From the NCBI GenBank assembly GCA_964019425.1, contig OZ025782.1, positions 1,488,001 to 1,552,000 of the forward strand: DNA of 64,000 nt. The letters are read 5' to 3'. This document shows, piece by piece, positions 47,862-58,107 of the stretch (the stretch's first letter is position 1; each line of letters begins with the position of its first letter). The position numbers and the translations under genes were made by a program. The notes below the pieces were generated by a model, which did no database searches, was not told where the DNA came from, and worked only from the letters and a program-made list of their open reading frames with translations. Source of the stretch: Flectonema sp. DT1601 (Eukaryota).

Positions 47862-50051
47862 TCATTGGATGATGCAAGCAGAACCACATCCGACATCCAT
47901 ACAGTTGCTCTCAACAGGTTTGTAGCTTTTTATATCACACCTCGTGTTTGATCTGAGAGGGACAGTTGTTGTTCCTCCACGTAGCCGAAGACCTTCACTG
48001 GCGCGAGATCGACGTTGGTGAACTCTTTTAGATGCCGACCTTCCTCTATGAGGACGAGGAATGGGTTTAGAACCGTTTCTGTATTTCCATTTAAAGAATC
48101 TTTGAATTATCGCTGCAGATTCGTGACGGTCGATATTTAATTCCGTTTCTCTTCTTTTTTTATAAAAAGTTGGTCCTTCCCAAATACCGTCTTGATAGTC
48201 TTCTGTGGAGTGTAATGTTGTACATGATAGGTCAAGCTGTATCTCTACTTCTCCACAAGCTGGTTTGCTTTCCATAATCAGCATTTCAATTACATCGTCA
48301 GGTACCTCTGGGTGTTCTTTAAACCACGGATGAAACATAGCTTGTTGAGCGTCTATTCTACTACTGGGTTCGAACTGAATTAATTGTTGTAAAAGATTAA
48401 CTGCGCTATCCCTTTCAAAGTCTGGTTGAATACCTGACTTCCAACAGACGTCAAGCATATCTGAAAGTGTTCTACGTGGTAAGAGGTATGATGTATTTTT
48501 TGAAAATTTCGCAACGCTGTTTGATTCTCGTGAGATAGCACCATTACCGTTTGAAGGTATTTGATGTTCAGCCATCGATGCGGGTATTTTAAAACCCGTT
48601 TCTTGGATTATTTCTTCAGTTCCTGTTAAGTTTTGACATCCCAAAATCAACTCAACCTGATGCTGGTCATCTTGTCCAGGAAATAATGGAACTCCCGTCA
48701 GTAGCTCAGCAAGAATACATCCAGTACTCCACATGTCTGATGCGCTTGTTGTCTTTTTTGAACATAATAATACTTCAGGTGCTCTATACCACTGTGTTTG
48801 TACATAGTCAGGGGTATCTGCGAGTGATGTTTCAGTCCCGTCAGAGAGCGTTCTCGCTAATCCAAAATCTGATAAATAACATCTAGGCGATTCATCCACT
48901 AGTAAGTTAGTTGGTTTCAAGTCTCTGTGAACAACACCTCTTGCATGGATGTATGCTAAGGCTGACAGAAGTTCAATCATGAATATTTTTTTATGTTCGA
49001 TATCAAGTTTTCGTTGAACGAGTAGATCCTCACAAGTATACGTAACAAAAGGCATCACCAAGTGAACGTCTTTTTTATTTTTATCAATAAAAACATCATT
49101 CAGAGCGACAATGTTGGGGTGGCGGAGTTGTTGTAGAATTTGAATTTCACGATATGTTCGTTGACCTAATATTTGATGTGACCAAGTGTCGTGAATTGTT
49201 TTTACAGCCACTATCGTTCCACTGTCTTTTCGTACAGCTTTACTGACTATGCCGTATGCTCCTCTACCGACCATGCCACCAAACTGATAATTTCGTAGAA
49301 GGCGCGGATCTGAAACAATTACTTTTGTACTTCCCCAAAAACTGTGAACCTTACCTCCGTTGACTTGTTTTGTCGGTTTTTTTAATTTTGCTTCTGAAAG
49401 CGACGGTTCGACAGCCCATGCACTCGGGTCATTTGATCTGTACAAGTGATGACTATACTCGTCTATGAGTTCTCTCATTCCTTTAGTGAATTCAGATATT
49501 GATTGATTTCTATTTGAAAGCTGCTCATGACTATTAGGAGCTGCATCTATTAAAGCAGAGTACTCACCCTCAACAGCAGCCTTTGCCTTTTGTGCATAAC
49601 CTAAACCAGCAGAAAGAAATGTCCATCGAAGTGGATCAACTATATATTTGTGATTGGGAAGATTTTTGTTATATTTTTTTACAATTTTTGATACAGCGAT
49701 ACCATTTAAATACATAAACCAAAGTACAAGTATTACATCATCGTATGCATTCGACAGCTGCGTCAGAACAATACCATGTTCCTGAGCAAAGCTGTATCGT
49801 CTGAATTCCCTGGCTGATTCCAATACCTGTCTTACTCTGCTTAGGGCTTTTAATTTTCTATTTACAACTTTCTGAACTCTGGTTATCTCTTCTTCTAATT
49901 TTTGAGTAAATCCTGCTGCCCTATCTTTTTCTAATAGTGGTGGGGTTGGTTTTCTTATTAATATTTTCTTCAGACAATCGTAGTCTAGAGACTCAGCTGC
50001 TACACTGTGGCGGTCGCTTACCTTACGAAGAAACTTACCAAACCCAACCAT
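47862..50051 (-). CDS. SPX-domain + MAPK-like (CMGC) kinase + IQ motif + CaaX, paralog B
   Basis: SPX: MVGFGKFL…LDYDCLKKIL, F.QKLEEEI.RV, YLNGIAVSKIVKKYNK. Same kinase motifs as paralog A. IQ: AAIIQRFFKW. Ends CIIQ. Confidence 0.9.
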   Translation of the reverse strand: MVGFGKFLRKVSDRHSVAAESLDYDCLKKILIRKPTPPLLEKDRAAGFTQKLEEEITRVQKVVNRKLKALSRVRQVLESAREFRRYSFAQEHGIVLTQLSNAYDDVILVLWFMYLNGIAVSKIVKKYNKNLPNHKYIVDPLRWTFLSAGLGYAQKAKAAVEGEYSALIDAAPNSHEQLSNRNQSISEFTKGMRELIDEYSHHLYRSNDPSAWAVEPSLSEAKLKKPTKQVNGGKVHSFWGSTKVIVSDPRLLRNYQFGGMVGRGAYGIVSKAVRKDSGTIVAVKTIHDTWSHQILGQRTYREIQILQQLRHPNIVALNDVFIDKNKKDVHLVMPFVTYTCEDLLVQRKLDIEHKKIFMIELLSALAYIHARGVVHRDLKPTNLLVDESPRCYLSDFGLARTLSDGTETSLADTPDYVQTQWYRAPEVLLCSKKTTSASDMWSTGCILAELLTGVPLFPGQDDQHQVELILGCQNLTGTEEIIQETGFKIPASMAEHQIPSNGNGAISRESNSVAKFSKNTSYLLPRRTLSDMLDVCWKSGIQPDFERDSAVNLLQQLIQFEPSSRIDAQQAMFHPWFKEHPEVPDDVIEMLIMESKPACGEVEIQLDLSCTTLHSTEDYQDGIWEGPTFYKKRRETELNIDRHESAAIIQRFFKWKYRNGSKPIPRPHRGRSASKRVHQRRSRASEGLRLRGGTTTVPLRSNTRCDIKSYKPVESNCMDVGCGSACIIQ

Positions 50052-51074
50052 TTGTATGGGCTGTGAAGGAGAAATATTATTTTAACAAAGAAGAAATAAA
50101 TACAATAAAACTCTCAACTTATCTTTTCGTTGGTTTTTTTATGTTACAACGTGCGACTCTTTATTTATTGTCAGATTCTACCTAAGGAAGAGGAAGGGGA
50201 AAAGTCGGTAAGATGTATTGTTCATGTTCCCCTTCTTCTTCTTCTTATTTTTTTTTTCCTTAAAATATCTCATTTCTACAAAGGGTGAATGCTTCGAATA
50301 TTGAGAATGAAAATACTTGCCCGGAGATACAGATGAAATGTTGTTTAATCCATCTTACAACATTTTTTTCATCATTTCTTTTTTTCTAAAAAAAAAAAAA
50401 CTGACTCCTTATCGGTGTGTTTTTTTTTTTTTTTTTTTTTTCCTTTAAACTAAAGTGTGCTTTAGGATATGTTCGGAGGAACTATCAAAGTCAACTTGTG
50501 AAAAACAACAAAAAAAAATAATTTTTCCCGACGTCTTCACTATACTGTAGTATTATTTTACCTTTCAAGATTTCAAAGTAAAGAAGTAATTATTGTTAAG
50601 AAACAAAGAACGGGGGAGAAAAAGGGAAATTAGAAGAAAAAAAAAAAGGACTATCGACCAGACCCAACAGTGCAATAATATTTCACCTTATCAGTGGGAA
50701 GGGGGACTACAGCGTCTCTCACCATCGATGTTTCGCAATATTTACAGCGATATGTTATTATTATTATTAATTTTTTTTATTATCGTTTTTTTTTATTTTT
50801 CCCCCTCTGTTTGGACTGACTCACCAGATATATTCTCAGCTCAACTTAACTAAATCGAGACTACCTTTTTTTTTTTTTTTTTTGGTGAGCAGCAGATAAT
50901 ATAAAAAAGAAGGGGGGAAAAAAAAAGATGAAAAAGCCCTTCAAAAATAGGAAAGGAAAAAAAAAAAAAGTTATTTAAGTGCGATTATTATTACTTATAT
51001 AAAAAAAAGGGGAAGAAAAAAAAGAAAAAAGAGGGGGGAAAAAAAGAAATTCTTTAAAACATGTTTTTTTTTTT

Positions 51075-52051
51075 CTATCCACTGGCATTGGCTTGGAATT
51101 TGTCATAAAATTCATCGTCCTCTTCATCCTCGTCATCGTCGTCGTCAGCGTCATCGGCGAGTTCTTCAGTTTTTGTCATTATATAAACGTGATAGTGAGA
51201 CGATGGTGAGGCGTCACTTGAGAATACTGGTTTATCAATCATGCGGTGATCAACTTCCCAACACAATCTTTTCCTTCTAAAATGATCAATACGAGTATCA
51301 GCCTGTCCGTAAGACACGCATACATATTTTGCTCCCTTTTTCATTACTCTCGAGACTGTTTTTTTTTTTGGAATTTTTTTTTTTTTTTAAAAAAAAAAAA
51401 GAATTGGCTTTTTATCTTAAAACTATAACACTGTGATGTTTTGTTTGTGTCACGAAACCGTGAACCGACTTAAACTGATAAAGCTAAAGGAGGTTTATGT
51501 GTGTTGCCAACATTCTTTTTCGTTCTCACAATACTTGTTAAATGCAAAAAAAAAAAAAAAAAAAAAAAAAACCATACTTTGCTTATTAACCTGGTATGCA
51601 ACGTGGAAACTATTACTACCGCAGAGCAACGCATCAATGGTTGCCTTAATAATTACAAGGTCGAAGGTGCCTTCATTGAAATCCATTTTCGAAGCATCCA
51701 TTTTGATCCACTGCATCTTATCTAATTCTTTATAGCGATTCTTCATCTGACTTATAACAACATCACTGATGTCAACGTTGACAACGTCCTGCACTCCGGA
51801 ATCATAGAGTTGAGAGCTGAGACCTGTTTGTTTGTTTGTTTGTTTTGTCGATTTTTTTTTTTGTCAATTATACAAAACAAAAAGAATTACATACGTGAAT
51901 TACCACATCCAACAACTAACACTTTACTGTCAGGTTTCGCTAGTGGTGCTAAAATTTCCTTTAAGGGTTCGTAGGACACGTACCAATCAAAAGTTGTGTC
52001 ATTTGCTTTGTATCTTTCATCCCAATAATCGGCTTTGCCATATTCAGGCAT
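51075..52051 (-). CDS. EEF1AKMT4/METTL13-N-like class I methyltransferase; exons 52051-51895, 51823-51578, 51355-51075 (227 aa)
   Basis: Spliced translation: MPEYGKADYWDERY…FDWY…VLVVGCGNSRLS..LYDSG…NVDIS..VI.QM…MDA..M.F..GTFDLVI.KATIDALLCG…ISRVMKKG..YV.VSYGQ…HYHVYIM, then an acidic tail. Confidence 0.88.
51356..51577 (-). other. Spliceosomal intron, 222 nt, containing the SINE-like element
   Basis: GTATGG…(A)nCAG, phase 1, frame-restoring (…VNKQ I SRVMKK…). Confidence 0.85.
51402..51571 (+). mobile_element. SINE-like element with 3' poly(A), intronic copy antisense to the host gene
   Basis: Near-identical to 38354-38522; followed by a ~26-nt A tract and preceded by another A tract. Confidence 0.6.
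51824..51894 (-). other. Spliceosomal intron, 71 nt
   Basis: GTATGT…(AAAC)nAG; restores GCGNSRLS. Confidence 0.9.
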
Positions 52052-53006
52052 GTTATATTATTGGTTTTTTTTATAAAGTAATTCCTGTTATGAACACGGT
52101 TTTTTAAAGGGGAAAAAAAAAAAGGGAAGAAATTATGTATTATTATTTTTTTTTTTTTTTGTTAGACTTATGTGCCCAAAAAAAGTAAGTTTTTGTTGTT
52201 GTTTTTTTTTTTTTTTTTTTTACATTGTCAAAACGATGCGAATATTCCACCCACTGCAAACAGAAAAACAATGAGCATTAATAATGAAGATGACTGCTGC
52301 TCATCTTAACCCAAAATTTGTCAAGTCAAGGATGTGGTGATGTTTCTTTTGTTTCCCCCATTCCTTTTTTTTTTTTTTTTTTCCCTCTTCACTTTTTTTT
52401 TTTTTTTCCATCATTCCTCCGTCGTTCTAACTGAGACATCGTCGAGTCAAAATTAGTATGGAGGCGCAATTATAAGGGAAAACAAGTAACATTTTCCTTA
52501 TGCCAGTCACCATAACTACCCACATCCTGCCAGCAAGCAATCGGATATTTGTAGGCAAGGGAGGGTACAATACGAGAATATATACTTTAAAAAAAAAAAA
52601 CACACATCAAAACATAATATTCAGTGCAAAATGGCAAGCAATAATTTATTCACAGAAAAAACGCAGTGATTGATTTAAAAAAAAAAAAAAAGCGACGAGA
52701 AAGAATAAAAAAAATCATTCTCGTTGTCGCATTCTTTCAGAAGAATCTTTTTTTTTTTTTTTTCCTTTTTTTCCTTTTTTTTTTTCTTCTTTAAAATCAA
52801 CCAGTAGTGTTTTAGTGCACCGGCCTACTAGCCGGAACGATCATTTTTCCTACCAGAGTAAAGACCCCCACGTAATAACAACAACAACAAACTTCGCATC
52901 CTCAGGCGCAATCACTCAACGGTGTCGAATCAGGCAACACATGTCAGTTAAAGTCTTAAGCGACTATAAATAATACTGGAATGACCTTCGTAGTAAAATA
53001 ACATCT

Positions 53007-54300
53007 CTAATCAATCCCCTCTATGTCAGTTGTGATGGTCGGCTCCAGTTTCCGTTTTTTCTTCTCCTCTTCAAGAGTGTCCTCCTGTTGTTGTTATTGT
53101 TATTTACAAAGATTAATATGTTGTGGGAATTGAGTAAAAAACATAAAATTAATAAATAAAAACAAACCAATGAACCTGCAAACGATAACGCTGCTTCAAG
53201 TTTTTGCTTTGCGAGTACCTGTTTTTGATTTTTTATTTTTTTTTTACTGACAAACAATTAATGATCATTTTTTCTGATAACTACAACACAAGACATACCC
53301 TTTTTTCTGCTTCAGCGACTTCGGCAGCCTCGGCTGCGGATTTCTCAGTGAGGCGACGCATCTTCGCTATCGGGTCGGCAAGCTCAATCATTTCATTAGT
53401 TACTTCATCTCCTCTAGCAGCTGCTTGAATTGCGTCAATAAGCCCTTGGGTATACGGAGGAAGCATTTTTTCAGGCATGGGAAGATCTTTTTCGTGAGCT
53501 GCTTGCTCAGCTAATTGTCGCTCTCTGGCCTGCGCAAGACGAGTAGCGTCGTCTTCGGTGAAAGACTCTTCAGTGCATTTGGTGGGTAGTTTTGGTTCAC
53601 CAGGTCCAGGGGCGAGATCCTTCTCAAGAAATCGATTTAACGGATAAAAACAAACAGCTATATACCGACCATCAAATGGACGGAGGTGTAAAGCACGTTG
53701 TGCTTCATCTGCTGCAGCATCTGAGTCGAACCAAACAAACAATCGAACTGCTTCACAGTCTGGGAAGGTGGTGTCTTGAACTTCATAAGCAGTCGCCTTT
53801 CTCACTGTCCCATATTGTGTTGCGGCTGCTATTAATTCCTCTCGGAGGGTAGCGTCGACTTGTCCTCTGCCTACCATATTTCTAATTAGAATTACTTCAG
53901 ATTTTCTTTTTTTATTTGCGCGTTTTCGCTGCTGATCTTTTGCTTTACGTTGAACGGATGTTAAGACTGACCTCTCCATTGCTGATCGAAGTTGAATTAA
54001 AGACATGTATTGGAAATGTGTTTGTTGTTGTGCCTTACGAAGGTAAACAGGTATCACTTTGATCCATTCTTTTTCCATTTTTGGATTCCCTTTTAAGTTT
54101 TCTGGAGGTTCTTGCAGATCTTCAGGTGAGAAGTTCAGTCTTTTTCCAGTAGAGCCATACACCACCAATTGAGTGGGTTTAAGTTCCTCTCCTCCCGTTA
54201 TAGTGAGAGGTACTGCTGCTGGTTGTTGTAACTTCCCTCTCTCTTTATTTATTATATTGGCTAGTACCGCCTGTACGACATGGTCACCCGCATCGCCCAT
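53007..54300 (-). CDS. SPF45/RBM17-like UHM (RRM) splicing factor; exons 54300-53299, 53218-53168, 53084-53007
   Basis: UHM: VILIRNMVG.GQVD..L.EE…YG.V…EAVRLFV.F…R.FDGR.I…FY…F…DLAP. Two 3' introns give the in-frame tail VLAKQKLEAALSFAGSL/EDTLEEEKKKRKLE…GID*. Confidence 0.75.
53085..53167 (-). other. Spliceosomal intron, 83 nt
   Basis: GTTTGT…AATAACAATAACAACAACAG, phase 0. The donor choice is inferred from frame. Confidence 0.6.
53219..53298 (-). other. Spliceosomal intron, 80 nt
   Basis: GTATGT…AAAAATAAAAAATCAAAAACAG, phase 0. Confidence 0.7.
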
Positions 54301-55527
54301 CTCCGAACCCCCTTCTCCGTACCCTGTTCTCTTGTACTCTAGATTATTATGTTGTTTTTGTTGTGAAGCTTAGCTTCTTAATATCATCTATGTTACTTTA
54401 TGATGCTGTGAGGAAAATGATACGTAAAATAAGTAATTAAGGCTAAACTGGAAAAAACACAACAAGAGATTTAACTTCATTTTTTTTTAGTCTCCTATGG
54501 GATTGAAAAAAAAAAAAAAAAAAAAAAATGTACACGTGATTTCTGTTTTTTTTTTTTTCTACGATAATTGAACGCACCTCAGATGGATGAACTAAATAAG
54601 AAAAAAAACTACAATTGAAATTTTTAAAAAAAAAAAAAAAAAAAATTGCCCACCTAAATTCCAATTAAGGATTCATCCCAAAAGTTACAGCCAACAGTCA
54701 GACATAATAAAATCAAATCAAATTACTTCCCCGACAAAACACTTAACAATTTATGAGTCTGACGTGAAGTGAAACGGAGGTAGAGAGAGAGCTTAGCGAT
54801 GACCAATACACGAAAGATGATTGCTGTTGCGGTCGTTTTACAAAAATTCTTAGAAGAAAGAAAGCACAGACTGACATCACTCTTTAACTCTATTCACAAT
54901 TTACGTTTTGGGCCACTGGTCCAGAAAAAAAAAAAAGAGGGAGGGAAGAAAAAAAGGAAGAAGAAAAAAAAAAAGAACGCTTCTTTTCTTCACAATAATC
55001 AAAAATGCAAACAAACTTTAACAGTAGAGCGAATTAGCAAAGAAAAACCACTCAGATTAGCCTCATATTTCGTTCAACGTAGACAGAATCTTGTCGCACG
55101 GGGAAATAAGTCATGACCGTAAAAGAACCGTTTTCAATCTGAATAGTTTCTTCTTCGACAAAAAAGAGGAAGAAAAAAAAAAGAGCGGACAGAAACAAAA
55201 AATACAAAAATTGATAATCCTTACCACTTAAATAAATCGCAATGGAGGAATAGATGACCAAAAAGAGCGATGAACGAAGAACTCGATAAGGGGGAAGTGA
55301 GAATAGTGACCAGCTACTTGAGGCACACAAACAACGAGATACAGTGATTCAAAGAGTGAGACAATCAGAGACTCACTCATAGGTTTCACGTAATGAAAAC
55401 AAAATACATTCGCAACAGACGGTTCCAATCATTACAACTTGCCGTTGAGTCACAAGTTTTCATCCGATTTTTCGGAGGAATTCTTTTTTTTTTTTTTTTA
55501 CAAAACTGCAAATAAAATAGTTTCTAT

Positions 55528-58107
55528 TTATTCCGCAATGACAGCATCTTCCATCTCAACTATCTTTTCATCACCTGCATCGTTAAGGATGCCGGCTTCA
55601 TGAGGATGAATATAAGAGACGTGGCATATTTCTGAACGAAGGATGGGGGAGATATACTTTTCATCAAGTCTCGCAAGTCGGGACATCAAAGCTTTGGATT
55701 TATCGGGTGATTCTGACGGTGATTCTGGAGACTGATCGTTTTCAATGAGCGGAGATTCCTTATCAGAGAGTGGATCACTACCCCCAGTAAGTTGTAGTTT
55801 TGCTAGTAGATATTCAGTAAAGGCTCCCATAACCACGACAGTCAGTACGACCATCATTAATGTGGTTGAGACGAAGACTCTGGCGATGTCGACAGTGATG
55901 TAGTCGTTTGGATTTTTTGATGTTTTCTCATCTTTTTGAGCTCTCGTCAACATAATCAAAGAAAGACCAAACGCAATTGCACCTCGTAATCCAGAAAACC
56001 ACATGAAGAATTGCATGCTTCCGGTAACCTTTCCTCTTTTTCTATTTGTATTCGCCATCGCAGATAACGGAAAGATATTCAAACCTCTTGCCAATAACAT
56101 TATCAAATAAACCATTCCAATAAATCCGAAATTCCAATTATGTTTGCTAAAAGACCAAAATGCCTGTCCAAGCAATACAAAAACATACGTCTCAGCAAGA
56201 TGAGCCAAAGTTTTAAAAACAAACACAGCTGACTCACGAGCATCTTGACTAAGATTATACATAGCATGGTGTCCCTCAATTCTACCACATATAAATAGCG
56301 ACATAATACCAGAAAGGCTCAGCATTTCAGCTAAGTAGTAAGACCCAAGTGCGAATGCTCCGATGATAATGATCTCAATAGAAGGGTGGTGGGTAAAGTC
56401 AACGTGTTTTACAAACAAAGAACACAAACAACCAATTAAATAACCAATTAAACAAGAAAGAACTGAAATTTTAATAAAATCGACGGTGGCGAGCAGCAGA
56501 GATGAAGCAGTTAACTCCTGGTCAACGAACGTGATCATCACATTATACAAAACAATACTCACAGCATCATTCAAAACCGCCTCTCCGAATACTAAATTGT
56601 ACAACAAAGGTGGCTTTTTAAGATCAAATTTCTGACCTAAAACCGCAATCACCGCCACAGGATCAACTGCAGATAACAACGCTCCAAATGCAAGAGAGAT
56701 AAACGGAGCACCGGGGTGATCTGCAAGCTGGCTGAATGTAAAGCTTGATATTCCATATACCAAAAATCCAATAGTGCATGCTGAGATTAGTGTTCCAAGC
56801 ACAGCATAAAGTAAGATAGTTCCCAAATTTTTCATCACACCTTTGTGTTCAAGAGTGAATCCCGCTTCGAATATAATCGGAGGTAGGATGAATAGGGCGA
56901 ATATTTCCTCATCAAATTGAATGTGAGAATCGAGATCACCGTCAATCAGGTATTCCACTAAATACATAACTCCTCCAATGATTGCTCCGCACATAATAAC
57001 GCCAGCTGATTCTGATAAAGCTTTTACTTGTAACTTTTGTACTATCCTCACTGTAGAGAATGCCATAACAATTATGACAGTTATAAAGAAATAGTCCTGT
57101 GCGGATCCTTCTTCTTCTTCCTCAGGACGCTCGACACATATCTGATGACTTTTTACCCAAAAGCATTCTTTCTCTGCCTGACACGTAATATTTGTAAGTT
57201 GCTGCTCGCATTTGTCTTCGGGTTCTGATACTGTTGCGCAATGTTTACCAGCTGGGTTCCATTTACAATTTGATAACTTCTCACAATCAGATTGAGAGTG
57301 AATTAATGAACAGCTCTCCTCATGAGGTGTCGTGGTACAACTACTGTTTGATGAGTGCCATGTACCTCCGTGATGAATACACTTCTCTTCCTCAGAGATA
57401 CCAACACACGATGTGGTATTCCACTCGCAGTGTGAATTGGTAGTACATTCATTCTCTGTTTTTAGTTCAGTACAATTATCATTGTGGGGTTGTGTGATAC
57501 AGGATGAATTTACCCAATGACCTCCGTGGGCAGTGCAATCTTTTTCTTCAGATAATTCAACACAAGATGACGATGAGGTATTCCAATTACAATGAGCATC
57601 GAGAACACATTCAGACTTTGTTGGTAATAAAGAACAATGGTTAGAACACGAAGTATTTGAGGGAAACCATTGACCTCCGTGAGCAATGCACTCTTCTTGT
57701 TTAGATATCTCAACGCACGATGTGGTATTCCATTTACAATGAACATCACTAACACAATTTGATTCAAGTAATGACATGCAGTGGGACTGACTTGAATTAA
57801 CAACACACGAACTTACATTCCAAAGACATCGAACGTCAACTTCACATAAATTTTGAGACATCGCAGAACAGTCGAGAGAAGCAGCAATCACACAGCGATT
57901 CGATTCAAAGACACAATTTGATATTTTTACACACTCAGCAGCAGTCATGTTTACTTGACAAGGCGACGTGATACAAGACGTTACATTCCACATGCAGTCG
58001 TTATTTTGATCACAAGAAACCTTTAAATTACCACCACAGTTATCACACATTACCCCAATAGTCAACAAATTCCATAAAAATAATAATAGCAGTGCGTTTC
58101 CACTCAT
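55528..58107 (-). CDS. CPA1 Na+/H+ exchanger (NHE/NHX family) with signal peptide and Cys-rich repeat ectodomain
   Basis: LPPIIFEAGF, GTILLYAVLGT, FGALLSAVDPVAV, LYNLVFGEAVLNDAVSIVL, LSGIMSLF.CG, WFSGLRGAIAF; aa ~21-325 are C-x(n)-C-x5-C-x-W-x(n)-C repeats. Confidence 0.92.
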   Translation of the reverse strand: MSGNALLLLFLWNLLTIGVMCDNCGGNLKVSCDQNNDCMWNVTSCITSPCQVNMTAAECVKISNCVFESNRCVIAASLDCSAMSQNLCEVDVRCLWNVSSCVVNSSQSHCMSLLESNCVSDVHCKWNTTSCVEISKQEECIAHGGQWFPSNTSCSNHCSLLPTKSECVLDAHCNWNTSSSSCVELSEEKDCTAHGGHWVNSSCITQPHNDNCTELKTENECTTNSHCEWNTTSCVGISEEEKCIHHGGTWHSSNSSCTTTPHEESCSLIHSQSDCEKLSNCKWNPAGKHCATVSEPEDKCEQQLTNITCQAEKECFWVKSHQICVERPEEEEEGSAQDYFFITVIIVMAFSTVRIVQKLQVKALSESAGVIMCGAIIGGVMYLVEYLIDGDLDSHIQFDEEIFALFILPPIIFEAGFTLEHKGVMKNLGTILLYAVLGTLISACTIGFLVYGISSFTFSQLADHPGAPFISLAFGALLSAVDPVAVIAVLGQKFDLKKPPLLYNLVFGEAVLNDAVSIVLYNVMITFVDQELTASSLLLATVDFIKISVLSCLIGYLIGCLCSLFVKHVDFTHHPSIEIIIIGAFALGSYYLAEMLSLSGIMSLFICGRIEGHHAMYNLSQDARESAVFVFKTLAHLAETYVFVLLGQAFWSFSKHNWNFGFIGMVYLIMLLARGLNIFPLSAMANTNRKRGKVTGSMQFFMWFSGLRGAIAFGLSLIMLTRAQKDEKTSKNPNDYITVDIARVFVSTTLMMVVLTVVVMGAFTEYLLAKLQLTGGSDPLSDKESPLIENDQSPESPSESPDKSKALMSRLARLDEKYISPILRSEICHVSYIHPHEAGILNDAGDEKIVEMEDAVIAE

